Assembly: GCA_963769425.1 (NCBI GenBank)
Contig: CAVYLP010000004.1
Span: 128,001-192,000 of the forward strand
Length of the DNA stretch: 64,000 nucleotides
Reading direction: 5' to 3'
Source: Candidatus Bathyarchaeota archaeon
GTDB lineage: Archaea; Thermoproteota; Bathyarchaeia; TCS64
The translations under genes were made by a program, and so were the position numbers. The notes under the pieces were generated by a model. That model worked only from the letters and a program-made list of their open reading frames with translations. It had not been told where the DNA came from and did not search any database. How positions within the stretch are numbered: the first letter of the stretch is position 1; each line of letters opens with the position of its first letter. This document shows positions 20,883-31,687 of the stretch, in pieces.

Positions 20883-23142
20883 TTAACTCTCTTTCTCGGG
20901 CTCGAACTTCTCCTCTACGAAATCAGTGAGGGCCTTCTGCTCCTTTTCCGCCTTGTCGAGGCTCTTCCACTCGTCCTCCTCGACTAGGCCACCGACCTGT
21001 TCCTTGATTGATTTTGCTAAGCGAGGTCCTATCAGGGGGAGGGCGACGAGGCGCTGCAGGGGGGCGCGCTTGAGCTCTGCGAGACCGGTAAGGCCACTAT
21101 TGTATAGAACGCGTGCGCGTACGCGGCCTATTCCCTTGAGTCGGACGAGCGGCAGCAGCTTCTTCGAGACGCCGTGCTTGACGCGGTCGTTTAGCTCCCC
21201 GAGCTGGCGCTTGTGGTCGGGTGCCCCGACTATGTCGGCTATCTCGTGGGCGCTGTATAGGAGCCACTCGGCATTATGGACGGCGGAGTATCGGTCTCCG
21301 GGCTGGACGCCGTGTTGCTCGAGGATGTCTGCCTCCGACTTCTCGTTTATCCAGTCGTCGAGGACCATAGCGGTCTTCACCTCGCCGAGGAACTGCTCGC
21401 GCTCAATGTAGTCCCCTCCCTCCTGATTGAGGGGGATGGCGAACTCCTCCTGCCTCTCCTCGGCGTATGTCTCGACCATCTCGAGGTCGCCTCTGCGTGG
21501 GCGGAGGATGGGTCTCATGTCGGGTGTGTGACAGATGAGGTGAAGCCAAGTGAAGTCGGTGACGTCCATTGCGCCCTTTCGTAGCCCGTTTCGGAGTACG
21601 ACGGCGGTGAGGGGGTCGATGTAGAGCTCCGAGACCCTCCTGCCGAAGTCGGTGGCGTAGAGATAGTTTCCTTTCTCCTCAAGCATTTCCTCCTTGAGGA
21701 GGTAGCGAAGGACGCCGGTGGTGATGAGCTTGATGCTCGCTGGGGGGTAGTTGAAGCCGTAGAAGGTGCCTCCGAGGAAGTCTAGTAGTCCCTGCTCGGT
21801 GTGTGCGTAGTCGCTGGCTATTGCGGCGAGTGTGTGACCCCGGAGCGCCGACTCCTGAGCGAGGCGGCTGTATAACCTCTCCGGGTCAGCGAGTATATAA
21901 TTCTCCATCAACTGGTCCTGCTCGTCGCTGCTACTGGCGATGAGTATGGCCTCGCCATATGGATCGTACTGTGGACGCCCTGCCCTGCCACTCATCTGCT
22001 TGTACTCGAGGACGGTGATGGGATACATTCCGTAGCCGGCGACGAAACGCTTGTAGTTACCTATTACCACGGTTCGAGCGGGGAGGTTGACACCCGCCGC
22101 CAGAGTCGGGGTGGCGGTGAGAATCTTCAGCGTCCCCGCCTTGAAAGCTCGCTCCACGATGCGCCGGTGCTCTGTGTTTAACCCGGCGTGGTGGAAAGAT
22201 ACACCCTTAGAGACGGCGAAGGCAAGGGCGTCTGTGAGGCTCGTCTTCTCCCCGTGAACCTCAATCTGCGATGCCAGCCCCTCGAGATCGGTCTGTACCT
22301 TTTTACTCTGCATCCCGTTGAGGGCCATCGCCGCCTCTCTCGCCATGCTCTCGGCGCGCCTACGGGACTCGACGAAGATTAGCGCCTGTCCGCCGTCTAG
22401 GACGCTGTTCATGGCAATGTTTAGCGCGTCCATCGTGTTGAGGGGCTTTGAGCTTCTTGACGGTGCCGTCGCGGAAAATGACAGTGTTGCCGTGTGCCAC
22501 ACCCTCATAGAGCTTCGTCGGTCTCCACTCGGTAGTGACGCACTCCGCGTTAAGCCACTCAGCAACCTCGTCGGCGTTCTTGATGGTGGCGCTGAGGGCG
22601 AGGACCTGCATGTTAGGGTTCATCTGGCGTAGCCGGGCGATAGCGATCTCCAGAGTGGGGCCGCGCTCGTCCCCGATGAGGTGGACCTCGTCCGCGATGA
22701 CTAGGGTGACGTTCCCCATCCAAGGGCTTCTGTGCCTGAGTAGTGAATCACACTTCTCGTTCGTTGTGATTACTATATCGTAGCCCTCGAGCCAGGGGCT
22801 CTTGCTGTCGAGGTCCCCCGTGCTGACTCCGACCCGCATCTTTCCCCCGCCGGGTTTCGGTATGCTCGTGTACTCCTCGAATCCCTCGAACTTCTCCCAA
22901 GCTAAGGCACGTAGGGGGCTGAGGTAGAGAACCTTTCCACGGCGCTCCAACACATGCTTGAGGGCACACAGCTCGGCGATGAGGGTCTTCCCGCTCGCCG
23001 TCGGGCTTGCGAGGACGAGGTTCTTTCCCTCAAGGACACCTGTGTTTACGGCGTCGGCTTGCGGCGGGTAGAGTTCCTTGATCCCCTTGAGGGTGAGGAT
23101 CTGCTTCACCTCTTCGGGGATGGGGAGGTCCGCCACAAGCAT
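20883..23142 (-). CDS. hel308: Ski2-like helicase Hel308/Hjm (frameshift near 22443)
   Basis: PTASGKT, DEVH, LSAT, FHHAGL, TPTLAAGVNLPAR, QMSGRAGRP, RVRAR. Confidence 0.92.
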
Positions 23143-23187
23143 CTTCGATCCCGTATGCCTTGTGGGCGGGCTGATATTAAGTATGGT

Positions 23188-23985
23188 CTAGCCCATCGGG
23201 AGGCGCTCCTTAGCGAGGCTGACGAGGATCTCGATCGCCTCCTTGACCCTAGCCTCCAGCTCCCCCCTATCCTTCCCCCTAGCGCTTATCCAGAACTTGA
23301 TCCCCCTCTCCCCGTAGGGCTTCACCAGTGACTTTATCCAGACCCCCGGGACCCGCCTCATCGCCTCGTCTATGAGGGGGGCTAGGGTCGACTCGTCCCT
23401 CAGGGGAAGGCTGAGGACCTCCTCGTAGTAAGCCTCGTCGAGGTGCTGGGTTATGTGGGGAATTAACTGGTTGTCGAATATCCACATGAGCTCGTGTGGG
23501 ACACCGGGAAGAGAGACGACCTCGAAGCCCTCCCGCTCAAGCAGGACACCTGGTGCACCACCGACCTTGTTGTCGAGGGGGCGAGCGCCCTCTGGGAAGA
23601 CCGCCATCTTCCTCCTCGCCTCGGTGATCTCCCCCGACTCAATCCTGCCGCTCTCGTGGAGCTGCCTGTATTGCCTCGCGACTATGGCGAGGCCCTCCTC
23701 GTTCACATCTAACGGGAGATGGAAAGCTTCTGCGACGCCCTTGAGGGTCATGTCGTCGTGAGTGGGGCCAAGCCCACCGCTGGTGATTATGAGGCCGCAA
23801 CCGTCCTCTACCGCTCTATTGATGGCTCTCCCAATCTCGGGGACGTCGTCCCTGATCGTTAGAACCTCCTTAACCATCAAACCGAGTGGCTTGAGGCGCT
23901 CGATCATCCACTTCGTGTTAGTGTCGAGTATAATGCCGTCGAGTATCTCGTTGCCGACGGTTACTATGGCGACTTGGCGTATCAA
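23188..23985 (-). CDS. CinA N-terminal / molybdopterin-binding domain protein
   Basis: VGNEILDG...DTN, SGGLGPTHDDMT, GGAPG, LPGVPHE. Confidence 0.85.
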   Translation of the reverse strand: MIRQVAIVTVGNEILDGIILDTNTKWMIERLKPLGLMVKEVLTIRDDVPEIGRAINRAVEDGCGLIITSGGLGPTHDDMTLKGVAEAFHLPLDVNEEGLAIVARQYRQLHESGRIESGEITEARRKMAVFPEGARPLDNKVGGAPGVLLEREGFEVVSLPGVPHELMWIFDNQLIPHITQHLDEAYYEEVLSLPLRDESTLAPLIDEAMRRVPGVWIKSLVKPYGERGIKFWISARGKDRGELEARVKEAIEILVSLAKERLPMG

Positions 23986-24022
23986 CTCGCTATATGGTTC
24001 CGGGTGGGGCGTAAAGGGTTTC

Positions 24023-25039
24023 CTAGACCCCGATGAGCCGCCCCAGATCGGCTAGATTCAACCCGGTAACGCCCTCCACCCTCGAGAGGACTTTTGAGTA
24101 ATGGATCCTGTTGTTCTCCATCTCGGTGAGGGCTTCGGGCCTCATCCCCCTCGCCGAGGCACCCGCATTCATCGTAATGGCCAAATCCCCTAGCCGGCGG
24201 AGACCCGCGAACGCCTCGAAGTAGGGCAGATCAAGAAGCTCCCTCGACGAGTATTCGGAGTACGAATCATAGACCTCCGTGCGGAGCGCCTCGTCGATGA
24301 ATGTTCCTGCGAGGAGACCCGTCCAGCATAGGTCCTCCCTGAAGTCCCCAACGGTGCAGCCCGCCCAGTCTATTACGACCGGCGAGCCGTCTTCTCGTAG
24401 CAAGACATTACGGGGATGGAAGTCCTGATGGATTAGACAAAGTGGACTCTCGATTACTCGCTCGGCGTTGCTCTTGAGCCACCCAACAAGGGGTTCGAAT
24501 GCGGCTCCGAGTCTACGTCTATTAAGCTCCTTCTCCTCCTCCCCGACCCTTCCGAGTACTCGGCGTCTGCTGTTTACGCGATAAACACCAGGGATGACCT
24601 TGCTCACTGGTATGTCGTGGAGGTTTGCCATGAGACGCGAGTTCAGAGAGAGCACTTCCCCGTACCTCTCTCTCGGGGAGCTGAAGAATACGTCCCAGAG
24701 TGTGCCACCCGTTATACGTTCCATGATGAGGAAGGGTGAGCCGAGCGTCTCGACCCCAGCCTCGTAGGCATAGACCTTGGGGACTGGGTACCCCACCGAG
24801 GCGAGGCGCTGCATGATGTTGAACTCCCACTCGGCCTTACGTGCGCCATCGTCTACCGGGTAGATTCTTGCTACGAGTTCGAGTGGCTCCTCACTTGGGA
24901 TATCGAGGGTGAAGGCCACAATCTGAGTCTCCCAACCGACGGTAATGTCCTTGGGTGCGACGATGCGTGCCCCCTCCCCGTGCAGCTCCCGAAAGAGGGC
25001 GCCGAGTCCCTCCTCGACTTTACTTATTTCAATCAACAT
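24023..25039 (-). CDS. Aminoglycoside/choline phosphotransferase-family protein
   Basis: PVPKV, FLIMERI.G, HQDFHPRN, VIDW. Confidence 0.85.
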   Translation of the reverse strand: MLIEISKVEEGLGALFRELHGEGARIVAPKDITVGWETQIVAFTLDIPSEEPLELVARIYPVDDGARKAEWEFNIMQRLASVGYPVPKVYAYEAGVETLGSPFLIMERITGGTLWDVFFSSPRERYGEVLSLNSRLMANLHDIPVSKVIPGVYRVNSRRRVLGRVGEEEKELNRRRLGAAFEPLVGWLKSNAERVIESPLCLIHQDFHPRNVLLREDGSPVVIDWAGCTVGDFREDLCWTGLLAGTFIDEALRTEVYDSYSEYSSRELLDLPYFEAFAGLRRLGDLAITMNAGASARGMRPEALTEMENNRIHYSKVLSRVEGVTGLNLADLGRLIGV

Positions 25040-25261
25040 CGTCGCCCCGTTCGTTCTTAATGTGACAGCGGTATTAATCTGATTGTTGCAGCGTCTAAAC
25101 TTGACTCCTATATAGCAAATGGAGAGAGCCCGTAACGCTTACCGTCGAAGACTTTATTACACCTATCAGTCAACTATAAGTGATTAAATAACCACTTACT
25201 TTAGATAAAAAAGGTTAAAAGCACTCCTCAACCCCAATCTGTTGGTTTCAGGTGAGGCTGG

Positions 25262-26263
25262 ATGGGCTGCACCGTTGTAGTTGACGGATTCTACGGAGAC
25301 ACTGGGAAGGGCAAGATAGTTTCCTACCTTGCGGTCGCTGACGATGTCGCCGTCGTGGCGAGGGCAGGGGTAGGCCCAAACGCGGGCCACACAGTAGTCA
25401 AAGACGGCAGGGCATACAAGCTCAGGATGGTGCCCTGCGGCTTCGTGAACCCGAAGGCGCGCATGCTCATAGGTCCCGGCGTACTCGTGAACCCGGAGCT
25501 GGTCCTCAAGGAGGTCGCAGAGACAGAGATAGAGAAGCGCTTCGGCATCGACCCACAGTGCGCCGTCATCGAGCCCAAGCACATCCAACTCGACCAGACG
25601 GACAGCAACCTCAAGAACACCGTTAAGACAACGGGCACGGGTACAGGGCCCTGCAACGCGGACCGGGTCATGCGCGTCGCCAAGATGGTGAGAGATATTC
25701 CCGAACTCAAGAAGTACATCTGCGACGTCCCCGCCATCGCGAACAAGGCCCTCGATGACGGTAGAAACCTGCTAATCGAGGGGACGCAGGGGACCTTCAT
25801 CAGCCTCTACTTCGGCCAGTACCCCTACGTGACTAGCAAGGATGTCTGCGCATCCGCCGCGTGCAGCGACGTGGGCGTCGGCCCGACGCGAGTCACCGAC
25901 GTGGTCATGGTGCTGAAGAGCTACGTGACCCGCGTAGGTGGCGGCGAGCTGGACGGCGAGATCAGCCAGGAGGAGGCGAAGAAGAGGGGCTGGGACGAGT
26001 ACGGCACCGTCACGGGGCGTCAGAGGCGCGCAGCCCCCTTCGATTACAACCTTGCCCGGCGGGCGAAGATGATCAACGGCGCGACAATGATCGGGTTGAC
26101 TAAGCTAGACATACTCTTCCCTGATTGCAAGGGCGCTAAGGAGTACTCGGAGCTCGGCGCGGATGCGAAGAAGTTCGTGAAGAAGATCGAGGATGAGGTC
26201 AAGATACCCGTCTCCCTCATTGGAACAGGGCCGGGTTACGACGAGCTCATCGATATGCGTTAG
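25262..26263 (+). CDS. purA: Adenylosuccinate synthetase (short archaeal type)
   Basis: GDTGKGK, GPNAGHT, EGTQG, YPYVTS, GTVTGRQRR, TKLD. Confidence 0.95.
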   Translation: MGCTVVVDGFYGDTGKGKIVSYLAVADDVAVVARAGVGPNAGHTVVKDGRAYKLRMVPCGFVNPKARMLIGPGVLVNPELVLKEVAETEIEKRFGIDPQCAVIEPKHIQLDQTDSNLKNTVKTTGTGTGPCNADRVMRVAKMVRDIPELKKYICDVPAIANKALDDGRNLLIEGTQGTFISLYFGQYPYVTSKDVCASAACSDVGVGPTRVTDVVMVLKSYVTRVGGGELDGEISQEEAKKRGWDEYGTVTGRQRRAAPFDYNLARRAKMINGATMIGLTKLDILFPDCKGAKEYSELGADAKKFVKKIEDEVKIPVSLIGTGPGYDELIDMR

Positions 26264-27414
26264 TGCCTGAAGAATCCCTTCTTTTGGGGCTCGGTGTTGA
26301 ACTCTTTCGCGAGTTCTTCCATGAGCTCGCGCTGATGTTTGGTCATCTTGACTGGGACCCTGACTGTTACGTGGACGAGGTGGTCGCCCCTACCGTAGCG
26401 GCTCGGCATCCCCTTGCCCTTGAGCCTTATTATGTCGCCGCTCTGGGTGCCGCTTGAGACCTTAATGGTTTCTTCACCGTTAATCACTGGGACCGTTATC
26501 TCCGCGCCCAGTGCGGCCTGTGCAACGTTTATCTCGGCTTCGTAGATAGTGTCTGCACCCTTTCGGAGGAGGTAGGGATGTGGCTTGACTCTGATTCCTA
26601 CGAATAGATCACCGGATGGGCCGCCATAGAGGCCCGCGTCCCCCTGTCCCCTGAGGGTGAGGTACATGTCCTCGTCTACCCCTGGGGGTATCTTGACGTC
26701 TATCTTCCTCCTCGTTTCCTCGACGCCGTCGCCCCTGCACTTTGTGCATGGCTTCTCCGGGGTCCTGCCGCGTCCCTGGCAGCGGTCGCATGTGGTGACG
26801 GTGATCATTCTGCCGAAGGGGCTTGCGACGCTCCGCTGGACCTGACCCGAGCCACCACATTTTGGGCATACGATGACGCTGGCACCGGGCTCGGCACCGC
26901 TGCCCCCGCACCTGCTGCATTTCTCCAGCCTGTTGAGGTTGAGTTCCATCGTGGCACCCGTAGCCGCCTGCTCGAGGGTTATCTCGACAGCTGTTTCGAG
27001 GTCCCTCCCCTTCTGGGGACCGCTGCGTTGGCGCTGGAAGCCGAAGCCCCCGAAGTTGCCTCCGAAAGCGCCACCGAAGAAGTTGCGGAGTATGTCCTCC
27101 ATATCGACGCCGAAGCCGCTGAAGTCTGCGCCGCGGAAGATGTCCTCCTGGCTGTAGGCGCCACTAATACCGGCGTGACCGTATGCGTCGTACTTCTGTC
27201 TCTTCTCCGGGTCGCTTAGGACTCCGTATGCCTCGCTTATCTCTTTGAACTTCTCCTCGGAGGCCGGGTCCTTGTTCCGGTCTGGATGCAGCTCGAAGGC
27301 GAGTTTCCTGAAGGCTTTCTTTATGTCGTCCTGGGTAGCGCTCTTGTCGACGCCTAGAATCTCATAGTAGTCCCGCTTCGCCGCCAAGAGCATCCCCTGG
27401 GTGCTAGGTCTCAT
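26260..27414 (-). CDS. dnaJ: Chaperone DnaJ
   Basis: J-domain HPD, G/F region, four CxxCxGxG; true start probably a few codons into the ORF. Confidence 0.95.
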   Translation of the reverse strand: MRPSTQGMLLAAKRDYYEILGVDKSATQDDIKKAFRKLAFELHPDRNKDPASEEKFKEISEAYGVLSDPEKRQKYDAYGHAGISGAYSQEDIFRGADFSGFGVDMEDILRNFFGGAFGGNFGGFGFQRQRSGPQKGRDLETAVEITLEQAATGATMELNLNRLEKCSRCGGSGAEPGASVIVCPKCGGSGQVQRSVASPFGRMITVTTCDRCQGRGRTPEKPCTKCRGDGVEETRRKIDVKIPPGVDEDMYLTLRGQGDAGLYGGPSGDLFVGIRVKPHPYLLRKGADTIYEAEINVAQAALGAEITVPVINGEETIKVSSGTQSGDIIRLKGKGMPSRYGRGDHLVHVTVRVPVKMTKHQRELMEELAKEFNTEPQKKGFFRH

Positions 27415-27627
27415 CCGAGTCGGTCGGCTTAAAAACGTTTACATGTGCCCGTTTAGTCGGCAGCGTGTTCATAGAGGGTTTCGAGGCGATCGAATTATCC
27501 CTCCATCTTGGTGAGCAGCTTGTCGATCGTCTCCTCGTGCTCTATGGGACCTGATAATAAGGTCTAGAGTTGTCAGGTATCTGCGCTCCGTCACGGGGGT
27601 CGATTGACTAGGGAGCGGAAAAGTTTG

Positions 27628-27650
27628 TGTCACCCCGAGGCAGGTCGGGG
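27628..27650 (-). terminator. GC hairpin just after the dnaK stop
   Basis: CCCCGA-cctgcc-TCGGGG on the minus strand, followed by a short T run. Confidence 0.35.
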
Positions 27651-27658
27651 GCGTACAG

Positions 27659-29557
27659 TTACTGCTTCTTTTCGTCGTCGACTACCTTGTACTCGGCGTC
27701 GACGCTCTTCTTGCCCTGTTCCTCTTGGGGCTCGGGGCTGGGCTGTTGTTGTTCTTGGCCGGGCTGCTGTTGTTGTTGCTGCTGTTGTGCCTCGGCGGAT
27801 TGCTTGTAGATCTCTGCGCCGGCCTCCTGGACGATCTTCGTCAAGTCGTCTGATTTGGCTTTAATGGCATCGGTGTCGGTGCCCTTGAGGGCCTCCTTGA
27901 GGGCGGTGAGGCTGTCGCTGATCTTGTTCTTGAGGTCGCTGGGTAGCTTGTCGCCGACGTCTGTGAGGGTCTTCTCTGTGGTGTAGGCGATGCTGTCGGC
28001 GTTGTTCCTGATCTCGGCCTCCTCCTTTGCCTTCTTGTCTGCCTCAGCGTACCTCTCGGCCTCCTCCATCATGCGGTCCTTCTCCTTCTGGTTGAGCTTA
28101 GTTGAGGCCTGGATGGTTATGCCCATCTGCTTTCCGGTGCCGAGGTCCTTGGCGGAGACGTTGAGGACGCCGTCCGTGTTTATGTCGAACGTGACCTGTA
28201 TCTGGGGGACGCCGCGTGGGGCTGGGGGTATTCCGGTGAGGTCGAAGCGCCCCAAGCTTATGTTGTCCTTCGCCATGGCTCGCTCTCCCTGTAGGACGTG
28301 TATGGTGACGGCGGTCTGCATGTCAGCGGCTGTGCTGAAGGTCTGAGTCTGCTTGGTGGGTATGGTTGTGTTGCGTTCTAGGACCTTGGTCAGGACTCCA
28401 CCGAGGGTCTCGACGCCGAGGCTGAGGGGGGTTACGTCGAGGAGGACTATGTCGCTGATCTCCCCGGCGATGATGGCGCCCTGTATGGCAGCGCCCATGG
28501 CCACGCACTCCATGGGATCCAGACCCCTCTCGAGCTTCTTGCCGACAGCCTCCTCGACTATCTGCTGGACGAGGGGCATCTTGGTCATGCCTCCGAAGAG
28601 GATGACCTTGTCGATCTTGTCCTTGGTAATCTTCGCGTCCTCAATGGTTCGGAGGATGGGTTGCCTGATCTTCTCGATTATTGGGCGGGCGATCTGCTCG
28701 AGCTTGGCCCTCGTCATGGTGATGTGCATGTTCTTGGGGCCGTTCGCGCCCATTGCGAGGTAGGGGAGGTCGATGTCGGTGCTGAGGACGCCGCTTAGTT
28801 CGATCTTTGCCTTCTCGGCGCCCTCCTTGAGGCGCGCCATAGCCTTGAGGTCGCTGCGCAGGTCGACTCCGTCGCTGCGCTTGAACTCGTCGACGAGGTA
28901 GTCCATAATGGCTTTATCGACGTCTGCTCCACCGGTCTGGGTGTCGCCGCTTGTGCTGAGGACCTCGAAAACGCCTCCGCCGAAGTCCATGACGGTTGTG
29001 TCGTTTGTTCCTCCACCGAAGCTGAAGACGAGAATCTTGAGCTCCTTATCAGCCTTGTCGATGCCGTATGCGAGGGCTGCGGCTGTTGGCTCGTTGACGA
29101 TCCTAGTCACTTTGAGACCAGCGATCTCACCTGCGTCGATGGTTGCCTGGCGCTGGTTGTCGTTAAAGTGGGCTGGTACAGTGATTACCGCTTTTGTGAC
29201 CTTCTCGCCGAGGAATGTCTCGGAGTCTCGCAGTATTTTTTGGAGGATGAATGCGCTGATCTGCTGGGGAGTGTAGTCCTTACCGTTAAGGGTGATTGTC
29301 TTGCTTGTGCCCATGAGGCGCTTTGCCTCGCGGACCGTGCCCTCGGGGTTTGTGATAGCTTGGCGTCTTGCGGGTTCGCCGACGAGGAGTTGGCCGTCCT
29401 TTGTGAAGGCGACGACGCTTGGGAACATCTTACCAGCGACTGTTGGGCCCTCGGCGCTGGGGATCACTACTGGTTTGCCGCCCATGACTACTGCCGCGGC
29501 GCTGTTTGTGGTTCCTAGGTCTATTCCTATGATCTTCTCACGCTTGTTCTCTGTCAT
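27659..29557 (-). CDS. dnaK: Chaperone DnaK
   Basis: [32 protein letters not shown]-terminus; poly-Gln tail. Confidence 0.97.
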   Translation of the reverse strand: MTENKREKIIGIDLGTTNSAAAVVMGGKPVVIPSAEGPTVAGKMFPSVVAFTKDGQLLVGEPARRQAITNPEGTVREAKRLMGTSKTITLNGKDYTPQQISAFILQKILRDSETFLGEKVTKAVITVPAHFNDNQRQATIDAGEIAGLKVTRIVNEPTAAALAYGIDKADKELKILVFSFGGGTNDTTVMDFGGGVFEVLSTSGDTQTGGADVDKAIMDYLVDEFKRSDGVDLRSDLKAMARLKEGAEKAKIELSGVLSTDIDLPYLAMGANGPKNMHITMTRAKLEQIARPIIEKIRQPILRTIEDAKITKDKIDKVILFGGMTKMPLVQQIVEEAVGKKLERGLDPMECVAMGAAIQGAIIAGEISDIVLLDVTPLSLGVETLGGVLTKVLERNTTIPTKQTQTFSTAADMQTAVTIHVLQGERAMAKDNISLGRFDLTGIPPAPRGVPQIQVTFDINTDGVLNVSAKDLGTGKQMGITIQASTKLNQKEKDRMMEEAERYAEADKKAKEEAEIRNNADSIAYTTEKTLTDVGDKLPSDLKNKISDSLTALKEALKGTDTDAIKAKSDDLTKIVQEAGAEIYKQSAEAQQQQQQQQPGQEQQQPSPEPQEEQGKKSVDAEYKVVDDEKKQ

Positions 29558-30176
29558 CGTCTTTTTCCTCTTGTTTGCTCGGCGCCTTCGCGACCTTTAC
29601 CATTGCTGCGCGTAGGACCTTGTCTTTGTAGGAGTAACCCTTCCTTATCTCCTCTACTACTGTTCCAGGTGGGCAGGTGTCACTCTCGGATTCGAGAACG
29701 GCCTCGTGGTGGTATGGGTCGAATGGCTTGCCTACGGCTTCAAGCGGTGTAACTCCCTCGGATTCGAGGAGTGTGAGGAGCTTTGTGTGGATCATCTTGG
29801 CACCTTCATCACCTGTGTGGTTTGCTACTAGAGCGAGTTCGTCGGCGAGGATTGTAAGCTGGGCGAGAATGCGTGCGTTGTTTCTGTCGTTTGCCTCCTC
29901 GATTCGTCGCTGGCTCTGCTTCTGAATGTTGTCGAGATCTGCCTTGGCGTACTTGAGTTGGTTGAGGTATGATTCAGCCTGGGTCCTTGCCTCAGCTAAC
30001 TGGGCTTCGAGTTCGGCTATTCGTTCGTCCTTGCGCTTTGGTTTTGGCGGCGGTGGCTCCGGGCTCATGTCGTTAGGTGTTGACGCGGGTTGGTTTATTT
30101 TCTTTGTGCTGTCTGTGGAGGATGTTTTCTCATCGATCGCTAATAATAACATCGGGCGGGTTATTGTGTGGTTCAT
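29538..30176 (-). CDS. grpE: Nucleotide exchange factor GrpE
   Basis: [18 protein letters not shown]....VLRAAMVKV; start uncertain (ATG 30068 or 30152). Confidence 0.9.
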   Translation of the reverse strand: MNHTITRPMLLLAIDEKTSSTDSTKKINQPASTPNDMSPEPPPPKPKRKDERIAELEAQLAEARTQAESYLNQLKYAKADLDNIQKQSQRRIEEANDRNNARILAQLTILADELALVANHTGDEGAKMIHTKLLTLLESEGVTPLEAVGKPFDPYHHEAVLESESDTCPPGTVVEEIRKGYSYKDKVLRAAMVKVAKAPSKQEEKDDDREQA

Positions 30177-30258
30177 TGTGCTTGGTTGGGGGTTTGCGTC
30201 GTGTTTTGTTGATTTTATATTTTTGTGTCAGCGGCGTGTTTTTTCGCTATTTAAGGGG

Positions 30259-30275
30259 TGTTATGAAGCATAACA
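30259..30275. promoter_or_regulatory. Candidate heat-shock operator of grpE-dnaK-dnaJ
   Basis: TGTTATG-aag-CATAACA perfect inverted repeat just upstream of a minus-strand TTAAATA box (30248-54). Confidence 0.45.
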
Positions 30276-30313
30276 ATCTGATGTGTGTTTGTGTTGGATT
30301 TAGGAATTGTTAG

Positions 30314-30769
30314 TTATTGAGCAATGTCTGCGATCGTGTGAGGGACGGCGCGTAGTAGGTCTGCAGTCCTCATCTCGATGCCGTGTAAGTGGTGGCCGGA
30401 GCCGAAGTTGACTCGGGAAAGCTTAGTGACGCGTGTGTCGATGGTGAGTGGGATGCTGAGGGTTAGAGGGCAGACGGCGCCGGGGTCTACGCCCGCCACC
30501 TCACGCACCTCGTCGGGGGACGCCACCGAGAGCCTCCTCCCCGTGACGCCCTTCGCCTTTAGGAAGTCGACGCGGTCCGTGCCGATGAGGAAGAAGGCGT
30601 ATCGCCCGCCCTTGGAGTCGCGCATTATGACCGTTTTGCACACCTCCTCAGCGGGAAAGTCTCCCCTGCTGAATCGGAGGACATCTGCGACAGTCATGGC
30701 GCAGTCGCTAAGCTCTATGAGACGATAGGGGATGCCCTTCTCGGTGAGGATTCGCTCGGCTTCGAGCAT
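30314..30769 (-). CDS. YbaK/ProX-family tRNA editing protein
   Basis: VCKTVI, G..PGAVCP, FGSG...GIE. Confidence 0.8.
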   Translation of the reverse strand: MLEAERILTEKGIPYRLIELSDCAMTVADVLRFSRGDFPAEEVCKTVIMRDSKGGRYAFFLIGTDRVDFLKAKGVTGRRLSVASPDEVREVAGVDPGAVCPLTLSIPLTIDTRVTKLSRVNFGSGHHLHGIEMRTADLLRAVPHTIADIAQ

Positions 30770-30852
30770 CGTTCAGGTATTGGGTCGACTGCTTAAATAA
30801 GCGGCGGTCGAGCTTGCGCTACGGTATAGATAAGAGAAAAAAACTCGGGTAC

Positions 30853-31524
30853 TTAGGCCAGCTTTATTGCGACTAGCGCGAGGAGATGGAGTGGGTAGTA
30901 GACATAGAAGAAGTACTTCCTGAAGAGTGGGTGCGCCCTGCCGCCACCGCCGAAGTTGAGTCTCCCCCAGCTGTGCAGGAGTATCAGTGGAAGTGCGAGC
31001 AGCGCGAGTGGCTGGTAACTGGGCTCGATCACGTACAGCACCGCGTTTACTAGGGCGAAGAGGCCGACGCCCACCCTCCAGTCCTTCCTGAGAAGGTAGA
31101 AGAAGAGAATCGTCGCCGTGCCGTAGATGCCGTAGTCGACGGGGAGGAACGAGGCGGCAAGCGGGATGAAGATGAGTGGGCTGTTCTTCTCCATGAGGTA
31201 GACTGTCGTCAGCCCCAGGGCAAGGGTGAAGAAGATGTTAAGCTTCTCCCAGGGCTGCACACCGTTCGCGAGGGCGAAGGGGATCTGCGAGACCAGACCG
31301 AAGAAGAGGAGCCTGTTGAAGTAGCCCCTCAGGTTCCGAGTGCTCTCCACTCCGAGCACCAGGAGATACGCGAAGAGGGGAAAAGCGAGCCGACCCACGA
31401 AGCGTAGCACCGTATACTCGGGGTAGAGCACCAAGCCTATGTGGTCCACTGTCATCGTGGCTATCGCCACCCACTTGAGGAACTCCCTCCCCCAGTCATA
31501 GCTCGCCGCGTCAGGGGCTTCCAA
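30853..31524 (-). CDS. TraX-family membrane protein
   Basis: LKWVAIATMTVDH, GRLAFPLF, NIFFTL, DYG, FFYVYYPLHL. Confidence 0.85.
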   Translation of the reverse strand: MEAPDAASYDWGREFLKWVAIATMTVDHIGLVLYPEYTVLRFVGRLAFPLFAYLLVLGVESTRNLRGYFNRLLFFGLVSQIPFALANGVQPWEKLNIFFTLALGLTTVYLMEKNSPLIFIPLAASFLPVDYGIYGTATILFFYLLRKDWRVGVGLFALVNAVLYVIEPSYQPLALLALPLILLHSWGRLNFGGGGRAHPLFRKYFFYVYYPLHLLALVAIKLA

Positions 31525-31687
31525 TGCAATCGATTGTACTAAACAGCGAATAAAAACCGTATAGCTGCGGTTCTGATCCTGCTTCTGCGTAATCCTGAAT
31601 TTCGCCTGTAGGGTGGCGAGTTCGTATAACTATACTTGCGGAGGATATAGGCTTCCACGGATTCGATAGTTGCGCGCCGTGGACCGG

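Noticed and set aside
27500-27550. Coding-like fragment (PIEHEETIDKLLTKMEG*) between dnaK and dnaJ
   Set aside because: No start codon and too short to assign.
27740-27790. CAG/CAA repeat in dnaK
   Set aside because: An ordinary low-complexity DnaK tail with mixed codons.
30853-31524. TraX as a sign of a conjugative element
   Set aside because: No other transfer genes; TraX-family genes are often chromosomal.
31597-31682. Hairpins between traX and purB (TCGCC/GGCGA; CCACGG/CCGTGG)
   Set aside because: Short stems in GC-rich DNA with no recognisable motif or second copy.
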